A DNA stretch of 64,000 nt from Halarcobacter sp. (GCA_048571215.1 CP182352.1:928001-992000); one strand, 5' to 3'. Shown: positions 1 through 11,278, counted from the first letter of the stretch. Translations and numbers: made by a program. Notes: generated from the sequence alone by a model not told the origin.

Positions 1-42
1 TTCATCAAGGGGAATATATAGTTGTAACGAAAGTGGTTTAAT

Positions 43-681
43 ATGAAATATAATTTTATTCATGTAACAAATAATGAGATTTTAGACAAAGTTCATCGAT
101 TTAGATACAAAGTTATGCACAATGAATTATCTTGGATTAAAGCCAATATTGATGGAAAAGAAACTGATATATATGATAATTATTGTAATCAGTTTGCTAT
201 TTTGAATAGTGATGGTGAGATTTGTTGTACTATGCGCCTAATTCATCATTCTCCAATAGGTTATCCTACTGAAAGGTTTTTGGATATAAAAGAGCATTCT
301 TTTCAACATAATAGGGATAAGTTAGCAGAAATGTCAAGAATATTTATAGATCCTAGATATAGAAATATGCGTGAAACTAAAATTTTTATTACTACTATTG
401 TTAAAAGTCTTGCATATGAAAAGATTAAACAACATGGTATCGAACATTGTTATGGGATGTTGGAACAAAAGTTTTTGAAGCTTGTTAATATGTTCAAAAT
501 ACCATATAAACCTATTGGAAAACTTGAACAAGATTATGATAAGTTTAAATATCCTAGTATACTACATGTACGTGAGTTAGAAAAACAAAATCCACAGCTT
601 GAAAAATACTGGAATGAAAATAAAAATATCTCTGATTTACATTTGGACACAAAAATTAAACCAGAGCAAGTTAGTATATAA
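43..681 (+). CDS. GNAT-fold acyltransferase (AHL-synthase/N-acyl amino acid synthase-like)
   Basis: RFRYKV, ETDIYD, TMRLI and AEMSRIFI motifs typical of LuxI/FeeM-like acyltransferases. Confidence 0.7.
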   Translation: MKYNFIHVTNNEILDKVHRFRYKVMHNELSWIKANIDGKETDIYDNYCNQFAILNSDGEICCTMRLIHHSPIGYPTERFLDIKEHSFQHNRDKLAEMSRIFIDPRYRNMRETKIFITTIVKSLAYEKIKQHGIEHCYGMLEQKFLKLVNMFKIPYKPIGKLEQDYDKFKYPSILHVRELEKQNPQLEKYWNENKNISDLHLDTKIKPEQVSI

Positions 682-811
682 ATGATTTATAAATAATCAG
701 ATATTATTTATTTATTAAGAACAATTAAAGCAGTGAACAGTTTAGTTATGTTAATATAAATTATTAAGTACTTAATAAGCGTCAAGTACACATATATTTT
801 ACTTATTTTAT

Positions 812-3079
812 ATGTTATTTATGAAAAGAAGACTTTTAAGCTTTTCAAATTTAGGGAGAAATAGTTTGCATCATAAGTTTTTTCGGAATTTTTTTAGTTC
901 TAGCTCACTTTTATTCTTAAGCTTCACAAGTTTAAATGCTCAAAGTAATGATGTCTTAAACTCTATTTCTAACAATATAATTAATAGATTTAATAGGCTT
1001 GCAAGTATAACAAAACAAAATGAACACTATCCTCGCAATGATATTTTGAGTTCTATTACTAGTGATATGGATAGGTTTAATAGTGTTGCAACTATTACAA
1101 AACAAAATGAGCAGTATCAACCATATATTATATCTGTTTTTAAAGGAAAAGAGTTAGAAAAATTAGGTATATCAAATCTAAAAGAAGCACTTATGCTTGT
1201 TCCTGGAGTTGATATGGCTACTGATAACTTTAACAATCAAACCTCTATTTTTCGTGGTTCAAATTCCCTTGCTTATGGTCAAACAAAACTTTTTATTGAT
1301 GATGTATTAGTTAATAACCTTTTTTTTGATGCATATTCTGAATATCTTGCAATGCCAGTTGAGATGATAAAAAGGATAGAAGTTGTAAGGGGTCCTGGAA
1401 GTAAAACCAATGGAGTAAATGCTTATGCAGGATCAATAAACATAATAACTTATGCAGAAGATTTTGAAGGTTTTGAATCAAAAGATAAACTGATTTTTAA
1501 ATATGGTTCATATGATTATAGAATGGGTGGCTTTATTAAAAAATTTAAAACCGAAAATCTTGATGCTATGGTAGATTTTTATTATCAACAAGATAATAAG
1601 AAGCTTTATGCTGGTCCAGATGGTTATTCTCAAGGTTCTATGAGTATTCCAGCTCTTGGTTATGATAATACTGGTTTATCTCAAACAGGTGATGCACCAG
1701 TTTGGTTAAAAGATTACTCTTTAGGGCTTAATCTTAAATATAAAGACTTTTCTTTAAAGGGTCGCGTACTTGAACATTCTCAAGGTAGTGCATATGGTAT
1801 CAATTATTCTTTACCTCAAGATGATGATAGATTAAAATTGCCAAATTATTACCTTGAACTAGGTTATGATAAAAGTTTTGGTGATTATGAGATTGATATA
1901 AAAGCTGGGCTTAAATATGACTCCTTTGATTCTAAAGCAAAATTAGGTCCAGATGGTGTAGTTTTTATGGATTATCCTTTATATATTAATAGTAATAAAA
2001 CAATTATTAATGATGTTCAATTTCTTAATGGTATTTATGGAGAGCATTTAGCAAAACAAAGAACGCTATACCAATCAACTTATCTTACCTATAGTGGGTT
2101 TGAACAACATATTATTACTACAGGCTATAGGTTAATAAGAGAGGAGACTATAGATATGGTTTCAAAATTATCAAATTGGACCACAGGTGATGCTGCACTT
2201 GTGGATTATACAAATACTTTTCCTTTTTTTGATAAAAATGCAAAACGAAACATTCAAATACTCTCTTTGCAAGATGAATTTCAATACAGCAATAATTTAA
2301 GTTTTATCTATGGTTTTAATTATGAACAAACCTCTTATAAAGATGCAGGAATTGAACCTAGAATCTCAATGGTATATCAACAAGATTCAGAAAATATATA
2401 TAAAGCGATTTATAGTAGATCACACAGAAATCCATCATGGCAAGAGATGTTTACTGCAAACAATGAAGCAAGGACTGGTAGTACAGATCTAAAACCAGAA
2501 AAAGTAGATGCCTTTGAATTAGCATATATTAAGAAGTTTTCAAGTGATATATCCTTACAAACAAATTTTTTCTATTTGCAAAATAAAGATCAGATATATA
2601 ACTCTGCTACAGCCCCTTTATATAGAAATGCACTAGATACCGATATTTATGGTTTAGAACTTGAGTACTCTGGACATATAACTTCTTCAGATAAATTGTA
2701 TTTAAATTATTCTTATGTAACAGGTGATTCTAAGATTAAAACAACTGGTGTAGAAACAGATTTAACAAACGTGGCACATCATTTGGCAAAAGGATATTAT
2801 ATCTATAATTTAGATGATGATTTAAGTCTTAGTGGTATTTTAAAATATGTTAGTTCAAAAGATAGAATACCAGGGGATACTAGAAAAAAAGTACCTGCAT
2901 ATACTACTTTAGATACAACACTAAATTATGAAAACCATAAATATGATTATGATATTACATTTAGTATAAAAAATATTTTTGATACAAATGTTGTTTATCC
3001 ATCTACCCCAAATACTTATATTGAAGATTATGCCCAAGAGGGTAGAACCTTTTTAGTAAGTATAAGAAAGGAGTTTTAA
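812..3079 (+). CDS. TonB-dependent outer membrane receptor (true start possibly TTG at 866)
   Basis: Plug motif IKRIEVVRGPGS..G.INII, barrel-like C-terminus ending in F, signal peptide ending SLNA. Confidence 0.9.
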   Translation: MLFMKRRLLSFSNLGRNSLHHKFFRNFFSSSSLLFLSFTSLNAQSNDVLNSISNNIINRFNRLASITKQNEHYPRNDILSSITSDMDRFNSVATITKQNEQYQPYIISVFKGKELEKLGISNLKEALMLVPGVDMATDNFNNQTSIFRGSNSLAYGQTKLFIDDVLVNNLFFDAYSEYLAMPVEMIKRIEVVRGPGSKTNGVNAYAGSINIITYAEDFEGFESKDKLIFKYGSYDYRMGGFIKKFKTENLDAMVDFYYQQDNKKLYAGPDGYSQGSMSIPALGYDNTGLSQTGDAPVWLKDYSLGLNLKYKDFSLKGRVLEHSQGSAYGINYSLPQDDDRLKLPNYYLELGYDKSFGDYEIDIKAGLKYDSFDSKAKLGPDGVVFMDYPLYINSNKTIINDVQFLNGIYGEHLAKQRTLYQSTYLTYSGFEQHIITTGYRLIREETIDMVSKLSNWTTGDAALVDYTNTFPFFDKNAKRNIQILSLQDEFQYSNNLSFIYGFNYEQTSYKDAGIEPRISMVYQQDSENIYKAIYSRSHRNPSWQEMFTANNEARTGSTDLKPEKVDAFELAYIKKFSSDISLQTNFFYLQNKDQIYNSATAPLYRNALDTDIYGLELEYSGHITSSDKLYLNYSYVTGDSKIKTTGVETDLTNVAHHLAKGYYIYNLDDDLSLSGILKYVSSKDRIPGDTRKKVPAYTTLDTTLNYENHKYDYDITFSIKNIFDTNVVYPSTPNTYIEDYAQEGRTFLVSIRKEF

Positions 3080-3712
3080 ATGAAAAAAATTGTTTTTCTT
3101 TATTTAATTCTCATTAGTATTGCTTTTGGCTATAACTATGATGATGTTGTACTAAAAGCCCAAGCCTCTATTTTCCCCAAAGTTATTCTTTTAGATAAAA
3201 AAATAGAAGATAAACTTATTGATGGTAAAATAGTTTACACTATAGTTTATGATAAAACAGATTATATTACAGCTTTATCTATTAAAGAATTTATTAATAA
3301 AAACTTTCAAGGACATTTAGATACTTATGATTATAAGGTAAATTTAGTAGATTTTAGAGATTTTACACTTGAAACAAAAACCTCTGCAATTTATGTACTT
3401 AATCTAAGTAAAAATGTTGAAGAAATAGCAAATATAGCTAACGAAAAAGGGATTATCTCTTTTTCATATGATATTAATAATCTAAAAAAAGGTTTGATGT
3501 TTTCTTTAGTGATTGAGAAATCAACTGTGTTGTATCTAAAAAAAGAGATTTTACTTACTAAAAAAATAGATTTTGTAGATGCTTTATTGCAAATGGTTCA
3601 ATTTGTTGAAAAAGATTATACAGATCAAATAGATAAACAATATTATAACAATATCAATGCAAAAAAATATTATGCAAGTTTATTTTATAATCAAAAAAGT
3701 AGTATTGAGTAA
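3080..3712 (+). CDS. YfiR/HmsC-like periplasmic protein
   Basis: Signal peptide, LKAQASIFPK resembles the YfiR N-terminus, lies between TonB receptor and GGDEF/EAL gene. Confidence 0.6.
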   Translation: MKKIVFLYLILISIAFGYNYDDVVLKAQASIFPKVILLDKKIEDKLIDGKIVYTIVYDKTDYITALSIKEFINKNFQGHLDTYDYKVNLVDFRDFTLETKTSAIYVLNLSKNVEEIANIANEKGIISFSYDINNLKKGLMFSLVIEKSTVLYLKKEILLTKKIDFVDALLQMVQFVEKDYTDQIDKQYYNNINAKKYYASLFYNQKSSIE

Positions 3713-3720
3713 GTTTAATA

Positions 3721-5658
3721 ATGCCAAAAGAAACAAAATCACTTTCTAGTAAAATTGTTTTTTTAATAACAATTATAACTTTAGTCTCTTTTTTACTTAT
3801 TTTTAGTGTTTTTGAAAAAATAAATAAAGAAGCATTTTACAATGTAGAAACTGAAAAAGCAAAATTGGTACTAAATACTGTTGAACCTCTAATAGCACTA
3901 AATATTTATTTAAATCTAAATAATAAAATTGAACAACTAACTAAACAACTTGTTTCAAATCCAAATATATTAGCTATAAAAGTACTAGCAGGTGATAAGA
4001 TAATCAATGAAAGAAAATCAAAAGAGTATGAAAGTAATATTGATGATTCTTTTATTGTTGAAGATCTTATTTATCAACCTAATTCTAAAAAAGAGATAGG
4101 GAAGTTGATTCTTACTTATTCTAATAAGAACTATAATGAATTGATAAATAAATATACTACACTTTTAATGAAGGTGCTTATTTTATTTGGGGTAGTTTTT
4201 ATAATTTTTAGTTTATATGTAAAAAGATTACTTTCCCCTTTACGACAAATTGCAAAGTTACTTAGGGACTATTCTCCTGATAATAATATAAATATACCAT
4301 TTGATGATCAAAATAATGAGATAGGTTTTATTTCAAATGCTTTAAATAATATGCATCATAGAATTGCTCAGTATTCAAAGCAACAAAAAAATATCAATAA
4401 GTATCTTGAAGAAAAAGTGGATGAAAAAACTATTGAGTTGCGTAAACAATTATATACAAATTCACTTACGGGGCTACCTAATAGAAGAACTCTTTTAGAA
4501 GATATTAATCATTATGATGATGGTGCCTTGTTGATAATTAATATTGATGATTTTAAAGAGATTAATGATTTTTTTGGGCATGCTGTAGGGGATAAAATTC
4601 TTATAGCTTTTTCAAAAAAACTATCAGAGATTAATATAAAAGAAGATAATACTAACTTGATACATTTATCTGGTGATGAGTTTGCTTTATTTTTTTTAAG
4701 AAAGCCTTCAAAGAAAGAGTTTATAAAGTTTGCACAAAAACTTATTGAAAATATTGAAAAAATAGTTTTTCACCATGAGTCTAATGAATTATCATTAAGA
4801 GTAACTATTGGAGCTACTTATCAAGCACAAGAGGCTTTAGAAAAAGCTGATATTGCTTTGAAGTCGGCAAAAAAACAAAATAAAGATTTTTTACTATATG
4901 ATGAGACTTTTAATGTAGAACAACAATATAGAAATAATATGGAGTGGACAAAAAAACTTAACTGGGCTATTGAAAACGATAAAATTGTACCTTTTTATCA
5001 ACTTATATTTGATAATAAAACAAATAAGATTACAAGTGCTGAATGTCTGATTCGTATGATTGATAAAGAAGATAATATAATCACTCCTTATCATTTTTTA
5101 TTGATTGCAAAAAAAAGTAAACTTTATTATAAATTGACAAAAATTATGATTCAAAAATCTTGTCAATATTTTCAACATTTAGATTGTGATTTTTCTATTA
5201 ATTTATCAGTTGAGGATTTATTGGATAGAGAGATAGTAGAATTTATTACATATAATATAAAAAAATACAATGTAAATAGAAAAATTGTATTTGAACTTCT
5301 AGAAACAGAAGGTATTGAAAATTATGAAGAGGTTTCCTCTTTTATTAATGAGATGAAATTTTTGGGTTGTAGAATTGCTATAGATGATTTTGGTTCAGGA
5401 TATTCAAATTTTGAGTATCTACTACAACTTAATATAGACTATATTAAAATAGATGGTTCTTTGATAAAAAATCTTGATAAAGATAAAAATGCTCAAATTG
5501 TAGTAGAAACAATTGTTAGTTTTGCTAAAAAACTTAATATTATTGTTGTGGCAGAGTATGTTCATAGTGAAGCTGTTTATGAAAAAGTAAAAGAGTTGAA
5601 TATCGATCGTTCACAAGGATTTTTACTTGCTAAACCTGAAGAAAGTATTACTTTATAA
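3721..5658 (+). CDS. Membrane HAMP-GGDEF-EAL c-di-GMP signalling protein
   Basis: Two TM segments, LTGLPNR, SGDEF, AECLIR, IDDFGSGYS. Confidence 0.92.
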   Translation: MPKETKSLSSKIVFLITIITLVSFLLIFSVFEKINKEAFYNVETEKAKLVLNTVEPLIALNIYLNLNNKIEQLTKQLVSNPNILAIKVLAGDKIINERKSKEYESNIDDSFIVEDLIYQPNSKKEIGKLILTYSNKNYNELINKYTTLLMKVLILFGVVFIIFSLYVKRLLSPLRQIAKLLRDYSPDNNINIPFDDQNNEIGFISNALNNMHHRIAQYSKQQKNINKYLEEKVDEKTIELRKQLYTNSLTGLPNRRTLLEDINHYDDGALLIINIDDFKEINDFFGHAVGDKILIAFSKKLSEINIKEDNTNLIHLSGDEFALFFLRKPSKKEFIKFAQKLIENIEKIVFHHESNELSLRVTIGATYQAQEALEKADIALKSAKKQNKDFLLYDETFNVEQQYRNNMEWTKKLNWAIENDKIVPFYQLIFDNKTNKITSAECLIRMIDKEDNIITPYHFLLIAKKSKLYYKLTKIMIQKSCQYFQHLDCDFSINLSVEDLLDREIVEFITYNIKKYNVNRKIVFELLETEGIENYEEVSSFINEMKFLGCRIAIDDFGSGYSNFEYLLQLNIDYIKIDGSLIKNLDKDKNAQIVVETIVSFAKKLNIIVVAEYVHSEAVYEKVKELNIDRSQGFLLAKPEESITL

Positions 5659-5788
5659 ATAAATAGTTTAATGGGTATTAATCCTTTATATCAAAATATT
5701 GGTGATGAATTAAACTTAGGTAAAATCCTTATTCTCAAAGATTAACAAACTAGGCATTAATTTATTTAAAAGCTAAAGTACTAGATGG

Positions 5789-6652
5789 TTAGATTTTAAG
5801 CTTATATTGTTTTATAAAAAAATGATGTAAGTATAAAGAGAAGGCTATAACAATACTTCCTAAAATCAATAAAAGATAATTTGTTTGTTTATCCCAAATA
5901 AAAAGATTTACAATAAGTCCTACTGGAACCAAAGCATTATTCATAATAGCTAGTACACCTGCATCAACTTCACATGCACCTTTATTCCATAGAAAATATC
6001 CTAGTCCTGATGCTACAACTCCTAACCAAATTAAAACAGCCCATTGGATTAAAGTAGGTGATAGTTTGTCAGGATTTGCAAACATAATAAAGGCAAGTAT
6101 ACTTACACATAAAGCACCCAAATGAAAATACCCAAATACTTCACTTTGTTTAATATCTTGATATGATTCCATAAGCTTTTTATATGAACTTTGACCTATA
6201 GCAAAACTGATATTTGCACCTTGTACCATCAAAAAACCTATGATAAAATCTTCATTTATGTTATGGTATCTAATAATATATGCCCCTAAAACTGCAAGAC
6301 CTGTACTGATTAGATATAAGGGTTTAAATTGACCTTTAAGTGCATCATAAATCAAAGTTATATAAATGGGAGTAAAAATTGTAAAAAGTAATACCTCTGG
6401 AACACTTAAAAATAAAAAAGATTTGTAGAAAAAAATATACATTATACCTATTTGGATACTACCTATAAACATCAATTTAAGCTTTAGTTTTGTGTCAATA
6501 CCTTTAAATTTTGTTAAAGGCAAAAAGATAAGTGAAGCTAAGATAACTCGAATCAATACTGCAAAATAACTATCAATTCGTCCTGCTAAAATCTCACCTA
6601 TAAAACTAAATGAAAATGCCCAAATAAGAGTTATAATAACTAAATAGCGCAT
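5789..6652 (-). CDS. EamA/DMT family transporter
   Basis: About 10 TM segments, LIWAFSF start, SGLGYFLWNKG. Confidence 0.85.
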   Translation of the reverse strand: MRYLVIITLIWAFSFSFIGEILAGRIDSYFAVLIRVILASLIFLPLTKFKGIDTKLKLKLMFIGSIQIGIMYIFFYKSFLFLSVPEVLLFTIFTPIYITLIYDALKGQFKPLYLISTGLAVLGAYIIRYHNINEDFIIGFLMVQGANISFAIGQSSYKKLMESYQDIKQSEVFGYFHLGALCVSILAFIMFANPDKLSPTLIQWAVLIWLGVVASGLGYFLWNKGACEVDAGVLAIMNNALVPVGLIVNLFIWDKQTNYLLLILGSIVIAFSLYLHHFFIKQYKLKI

Positions 6653-6730
6653 ATATATCCTTCAAAAAAATAAAGCTGACACTATACCATGGATATTATT
6701 AAATAGTCAAAATTATAATAGAATATTACA

Positions 6731-8641
6731 CTATTTAGGAATATATATACTAAAACACGCGCCATCTTTCATATTATTAACGCAGATTTTTCCATTCATA
6801 TATTTTTCAATAACTATTTTACTCATGTAAAGTCCAAGTCCTGTACCATTTAATTCATTTTTTGTACTAAAATATGGGTTAAAAATATTATTTATAATAG
6901 CATTGTCTATACCACCTGCATTATCACAAATTTTTATCTCAATATTTTCATTTTTCTCTTCAATCAATATTATGATTAGTTTTTTTTCTTTTTCATTCTT
7001 TTGGAAAGCTTCTTTTGAATTATTTATTAAGTTAAGTAACACTTGCATCAACTCTTCTTTATGGGTGTAGATTGTTGATTCACATCTATTTTTTATGACT
7101 AGTTGAATATCGTTATCTTTTAGGTTTAAATCTATAATCTTTTTTGTATTTTGTATTATAGTTTCAATAGATATTTTCTCTTTATCTTTTTCAGGAGTGA
7201 AGTAGTTTCTAAAATCATCTATTATTTGAGATAAACTTGATGATTCTTCTAAAATAGATTTAACATTTTTAAGCATACTCTCTTCATCTAAACAGTCAAG
7301 TTCTACATCTGCTATGATATTATTTGCATTCATTGAGATTAAGTTTAGAGGTTGTCTCCATTGGTGGGCAACCATATTTAGTATCTCACCCATTGCTGCA
7401 TTTCGTGATTGTGTTATCATAATCTCATCTTTTTCTTGAAGCTCTTTTGTTGAAACATGAATTAGGTGAGATAATGCTTGTACTGTTGAACTTTCATTTT
7501 CCCCAATATCAGCTATAATCTTTTTTTTATTTAAAGTTGGAGATTCACTTATGGCTAGTATTGTCATACTTTGGTTTAGAAGCTCTTTGTTTTCATAAGT
7601 GGAAAAAAATTCACCATAGGTATAAAAACCGCTTGTTGGTGCAATTTGATTATACATAAGTGTTTCACTTTCAATTTTATCAGGCATAAATCTTCTTCTT
7701 GCCATACAAGAATAGATAAATATACTTTCAATAGCTTGATTATATAGTTTATCAATATGGTGTTGTGTATTACCAAGTATTGCATCTGCTTGACCATAAC
7801 CAAATCTTACTTCATCTTCCTCTTCTAGGTTACCTGCAAATATCAATGAGCCATCATCATTTTTCCCGATTACTGCCCTTGCGATAGTGATACCATTTTT
7901 TTCTAAAATCAATGGAAATTCAATACCAATATGTGGTAGATTTTTACTTATATCTCCACCAAGATAATAGTTATATGTTTCTAAGGCTGTTTTATTATTT
8001 ATTGTATAGACTCTATTTTTATCAGCTTTTGTGATTTTTAATTTTTGACCAATTGGGTGCCAGTTAAAACTATAATCAGTAAATACTTTTAATTCAAAGC
8101 TACTTAAAGATATTCCAACAACTCCATTTAAATATATTGTATCTTTTGTAAACACATAAGTTTGTGTAAACATAGCATTATCACCAGCTAGACCACCCGC
8201 AACTATAATTGTTTTATTAATGGAATGGATCCCTTTAAGATACTCTTCACCATTTCCTAAAAGTCCATCAATAAAAGAGATAATTACTTTACTATCTTCT
8301 TTAATAATATTAGTAGCTAAATTGGCTCCAGCTTCAAAATAATTATCAAATTTATTAGAGATATATGTGTTTAAGCTTACTTTTTCAAATATTGTAAAAC
8401 TAATTACAGCTGAATTAATACTTACTTCACCATCCTTAATCTCTCCATCTGTAGTTGAACCTATCAAAGATGCTAAAGGGAAATTCATTGAAAAAAATTC
8501 TGTTAAATTTTTGATAAAAGTATAATCATTTTTAGAGGTAAATACTTGAATTAAAAGTTTTGAAGAGTCTTGAATATTATTTTTTTTTATAAAATTATTT
8601 AAATCATCATTTGAACTATAATAAGTATTTATCGTTTTCAT
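6731..8641 (-). CDS. FIST-domain sensor histidine kinase
   Basis: GSTTDGEI, GGLAGD, SCMAR, GFYTYGE (FIST); AHQWRQPL, DNAGG, GTGLGL (kinase). Confidence 0.9.
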   Translation of the reverse strand: MKTINTYYSSNDDLNNFIKKNNIQDSSKLLIQVFTSKNDYTFIKNLTEFFSMNFPLASLIGSTTDGEIKDGEVSINSAVISFTIFEKVSLNTYISNKFDNYFEAGANLATNIIKEDSKVIISFIDGLLGNGEEYLKGIHSINKTIIVAGGLAGDNAMFTQTYVFTKDTIYLNGVVGISLSSFELKVFTDYSFNWHPIGQKLKITKADKNRVYTINNKTALETYNYYLGGDISKNLPHIGIEFPLILEKNGITIARAVIGKNDDGSLIFAGNLEEEDEVRFGYGQADAILGNTQHHIDKLYNQAIESIFIYSCMARRRFMPDKIESETLMYNQIAPTSGFYTYGEFFSTYENKELLNQSMTILAISESPTLNKKKIIADIGENESSTVQALSHLIHVSTKELQEKDEIMITQSRNAAMGEILNMVAHQWRQPLNLISMNANNIIADVELDCLDEESMLKNVKSILEESSSLSQIIDDFRNYFTPEKDKEKISIETIIQNTKKIIDLNLKDNDIQLVIKNRCESTIYTHKEELMQVLLNLINNSKEAFQKNEKEKKLIIILIEEKNENIEIKICDNAGGIDNAIINNIFNPYFSTKNELNGTGLGLYMSKIVIEKYMNGKICVNNMKDGACFSIYIPK

Positions 8642-8843
8642 CTTATTAGCCTTTGTAATATTTTATAAAAAAAATCATTTAAGTTTAATTATTATTAGAA
8701 GCTTACTAAATAGTTAAGTTTTAGTAGATTTATAAATTTTTTAAAGGAATCATATAAAAAAAATATTTTTTATTTTATACACAAAAATAAAAAAAGATAC
8801 TATAATAATTTATATAGTTATTCTTATATCAAAGGAGTAGAAA

Positions 8844-9914
8844 ATGGCTAAGTTAATATTTTGTTTTGATGGGACATCAAATGATCCCTCAGATTCTGCA
8901 GATTTTTTTGAAGATAGTAGCATTAGTAATATTTTAAAACTACATGCTTTATTTGGTGGTACTTTAAGTACTAAGTGTAGTAATAAGATAAATCAACAAG
9001 AGCAAAAAAGCTTTTATTATAGTGGTGTTGGTACAAGGGGAAATTGGCTGAGACAAAAACTTAATGCTATGTTTTCACCTCCACATGGTGAGATGAATGA
9101 GATTATAAAACAAGCAAAAGAGGATTTAAAACAGTTTAAGTTAGGTGATGAGATATATATATTTGGTTTTAGTCGTGGTGCTGCTATTGCTAGAATGTTT
9201 GCAGCAAAACATCTTGATGGCAAAAAGGTTAAGTTTTTAGGAGTATTTGATACTGTTGCAGCTATTAGAGGTTCTTTAGATTTGGATAGATCAACATATC
9301 CAGCTAGTGGAATATTATTTGAAAATGGTACTTTAGGAAAGCAAGTTGAAAAGGCATTGCATCTTCTTTCTATTGATGAAAAACGTTTAGCATTTCAACC
9401 AACATTATTTAATAAAGATGAAAGAGTAACTGAAATTTGGTTTTCTGGTGTTCACTCTGATATAGGAGGAGGGTATTGGTTTGATGCTCTTTCAGATATA
9501 ACACTGGATTTTATGTGCAAGGAAGCTAAAAAACAGGGTTTGAGTCTACTTAAAGCTGATGAGATTGAATATGATATATTTAATGAAGAGGATATAGAAG
9601 ATGAAAATAAAATCTGTATAGATGATATAGAAATAACACCTTTATTAAAAGGAAAATTACATGAACAATTACGCTCTACTATTGTAAATAAAACATTAGC
9701 TCCACGTTTTGTTCGGGTAAATGTTGATGATAAGTATTCAAAGGATCACTTACCAATTATTCATCACAGTGTTTATGAACGGTTTTTAGATGTAACAAGT
9801 TATAGACCATACTCTTTGAGAAATTGTAGATATAAAATCATTTTTAATAATGGAAAAATTGGTGAAGAAAGTTATCTAGGTATAAATGGCTTAAGAAATA
9901 TAAAAGTAGAATAA
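8844..9914 (+). CDS. DUF2235 / Tle1-like alpha/beta hydrolase
   Basis: CFDGT, GFSRGAA, GVFDTV, GVHSDIGGG. Confidence 0.85.
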   Translation: MAKLIFCFDGTSNDPSDSADFFEDSSISNILKLHALFGGTLSTKCSNKINQQEQKSFYYSGVGTRGNWLRQKLNAMFSPPHGEMNEIIKQAKEDLKQFKLGDEIYIFGFSRGAAIARMFAAKHLDGKKVKFLGVFDTVAAIRGSLDLDRSTYPASGILFENGTLGKQVEKALHLLSIDEKRLAFQPTLFNKDERVTEIWFSGVHSDIGGGYWFDALSDITLDFMCKEAKKQGLSLLKADEIEYDIFNEEDIEDENKICIDDIEITPLLKGKLHEQLRSTIVNKTLAPRFVRVNVDDKYSKDHLPIIHHSVYERFLDVTSYRPYSLRNCRYKIIFNNGKIGEESYLGINGLRNIKVE

Positions 9915-9992
9915 TTGCCTTTATAAACATCCAAATAAAGGACAGTTATTTTTTATTTCAAATAGGATAAAATCAAAACAAAAAAGATAGAC

Positions 9993-10559
9993 ATGTTTAA
10001 AAGTGATGATTATTGGGAAGAAGAGTTTATTGAGTTTGATGATAAGAATTTAGATTCTATCTATTTTGATAACTGCACCTTTATAAAATGTGATTTTTCA
10101 AAAAGTCTTATGCAAGGCTGTAAGTTTATTGAGTGCACTTTTATATCTTGTGATTTATCTTTGAGTGTATTAAAAAATTCCACTTTCAATGATGTAATTT
10201 TTGAAAAATCAAAACTGTTGGGGATTAGTTGGAGCTCCTGTGATGAACCTTTTGACGTAGTTTTTGATTCTTGTAATATTTCACAAAACTCTTTCCATCT
10301 TTTAGATTTACGTCAAATGAAGTTTATTAATTCACTTATAAGAGATACAGGCTTTGAAGAGTGTAATCTTGAACGAGCAATTTTTGATAACTGTAACTTA
10401 GAACAAACAGTTTTTATAAAGAACAATCTACAAAAAGCCAATTTTGAAACTTCAAAAAACTATTTAATTGACCCAAAACAAAATGATATAAAAAATGCTA
10501 TATTTTCTCTTCCTGAGGCTTTGAGTTTTTTAACTCTTCTTCCTATAAAAATAAAATAG
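9993..10559 (+). CDS. Pentapeptide repeat protein
   Basis: Tandem pentapeptides such as CTFIK/CDFSK/CKFIE. Confidence 0.85.
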   Translation: MFKSDDYWEEEFIEFDDKNLDSIYFDNCTFIKCDFSKSLMQGCKFIECTFISCDLSLSVLKNSTFNDVIFEKSKLLGISWSSCDEPFDVVFDSCNISQNSFHLLDLRQMKFINSLIRDTGFEECNLERAIFDNCNLEQTVFIKNNLQKANFETSKNYLIDPKQNDIKNAIFSLPEALSFLTLLPIKIK

Positions 10560-10672
10560 CTTCTTTATTAGATGATAATCTTTTTCCTTTAATAAAATTT
10601 ATTAATTTTACTTTAAAACTTTTTATATATACTTTCACTATCAAAAAATTAAAAAGAAAAAAAGGAAATAAA

Positions 10673-11269
10673 ATGATAGTAACAAAAAAAGCTCCAGATT
10701 TTACAGCAACAGCAGTAACAGCAGATGGTCAAATCGTAGAGGATTTTAATTTATATGAAAATATTGGTGAAAAAGGTGCAGTATTATTTTTCTGGCCTTT
10801 AGATTTTACATTTGTTTGTCCATCAGAGATTATTGCTTTTTCAAAAAGAGTAGATGATTTTAAAGAGAGAGGTATACAAGTTATTGGTTGTTCAATTGAT
10901 TCAGAGTTTGCTCACTTTGCTTGGAGAGAGACAAAAGTAGAAGAGGGTGGAATTGGAAGAGTTAAATTCCCAATGGTTGCAGATATTACAAAACAAATTG
11001 CAAAAGACTATGATGTATTATTTAATGAATCTGTAGCACTTAGAGGATCATTCTTAATTGATAAAGATGGAACAGTAAGACATGCAGTAATCAATGACTT
11101 ACCACTAGGAAGAAACATTGATGAAATGGTTAGAATGGTAGATACAATGATATTTACAAATGAAAATGGTGAAGTTTGTCCAGCAGGATGGAACAAAGGT
11201 GATGAAGGTATGAAAGCAAATAAAGAGGGTGTTGCTGAATACTTAGGAAAAAATGAAAGTAAATTATAG
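10673..11269 (+). CDS. ahpC: 2-Cys peroxiredoxin
   Basis: DFTFVCPSE and GEVCPAGW. Confidence 0.95.
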   Translation: MIVTKKAPDFTATAVTADGQIVEDFNLYENIGEKGAVLFFWPLDFTFVCPSEIIAFSKRVDDFKERGIQVIGCSIDSEFAHFAWRETKVEEGGIGRVKFPMVADITKQIAKDYDVLFNESVALRGSFLIDKDGTVRHAVINDLPLGRNIDEMVRMVDTMIFTNENGEVCPAGWNKGDEGMKANKEGVAEYLGKNESKL

Positions 11270-11278
11270 GAGATAAAA

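Noticed and set aside
43..681. Firm luxI assignment
   Set aside because: Motifs are shared with FeeM-like and exosortase-associated acyltransferases; they cannot be distinguished by eye.
8844..9914. T6SS effector locus
   Set aside because: No vgrG, PAAR, adaptor or immunity gene adjacent.
9993..10559. qnr quinolone resistance gene
   Set aside because: Generic pentapeptide repeats; no specific Qnr similarity recognisable and no mobile context.
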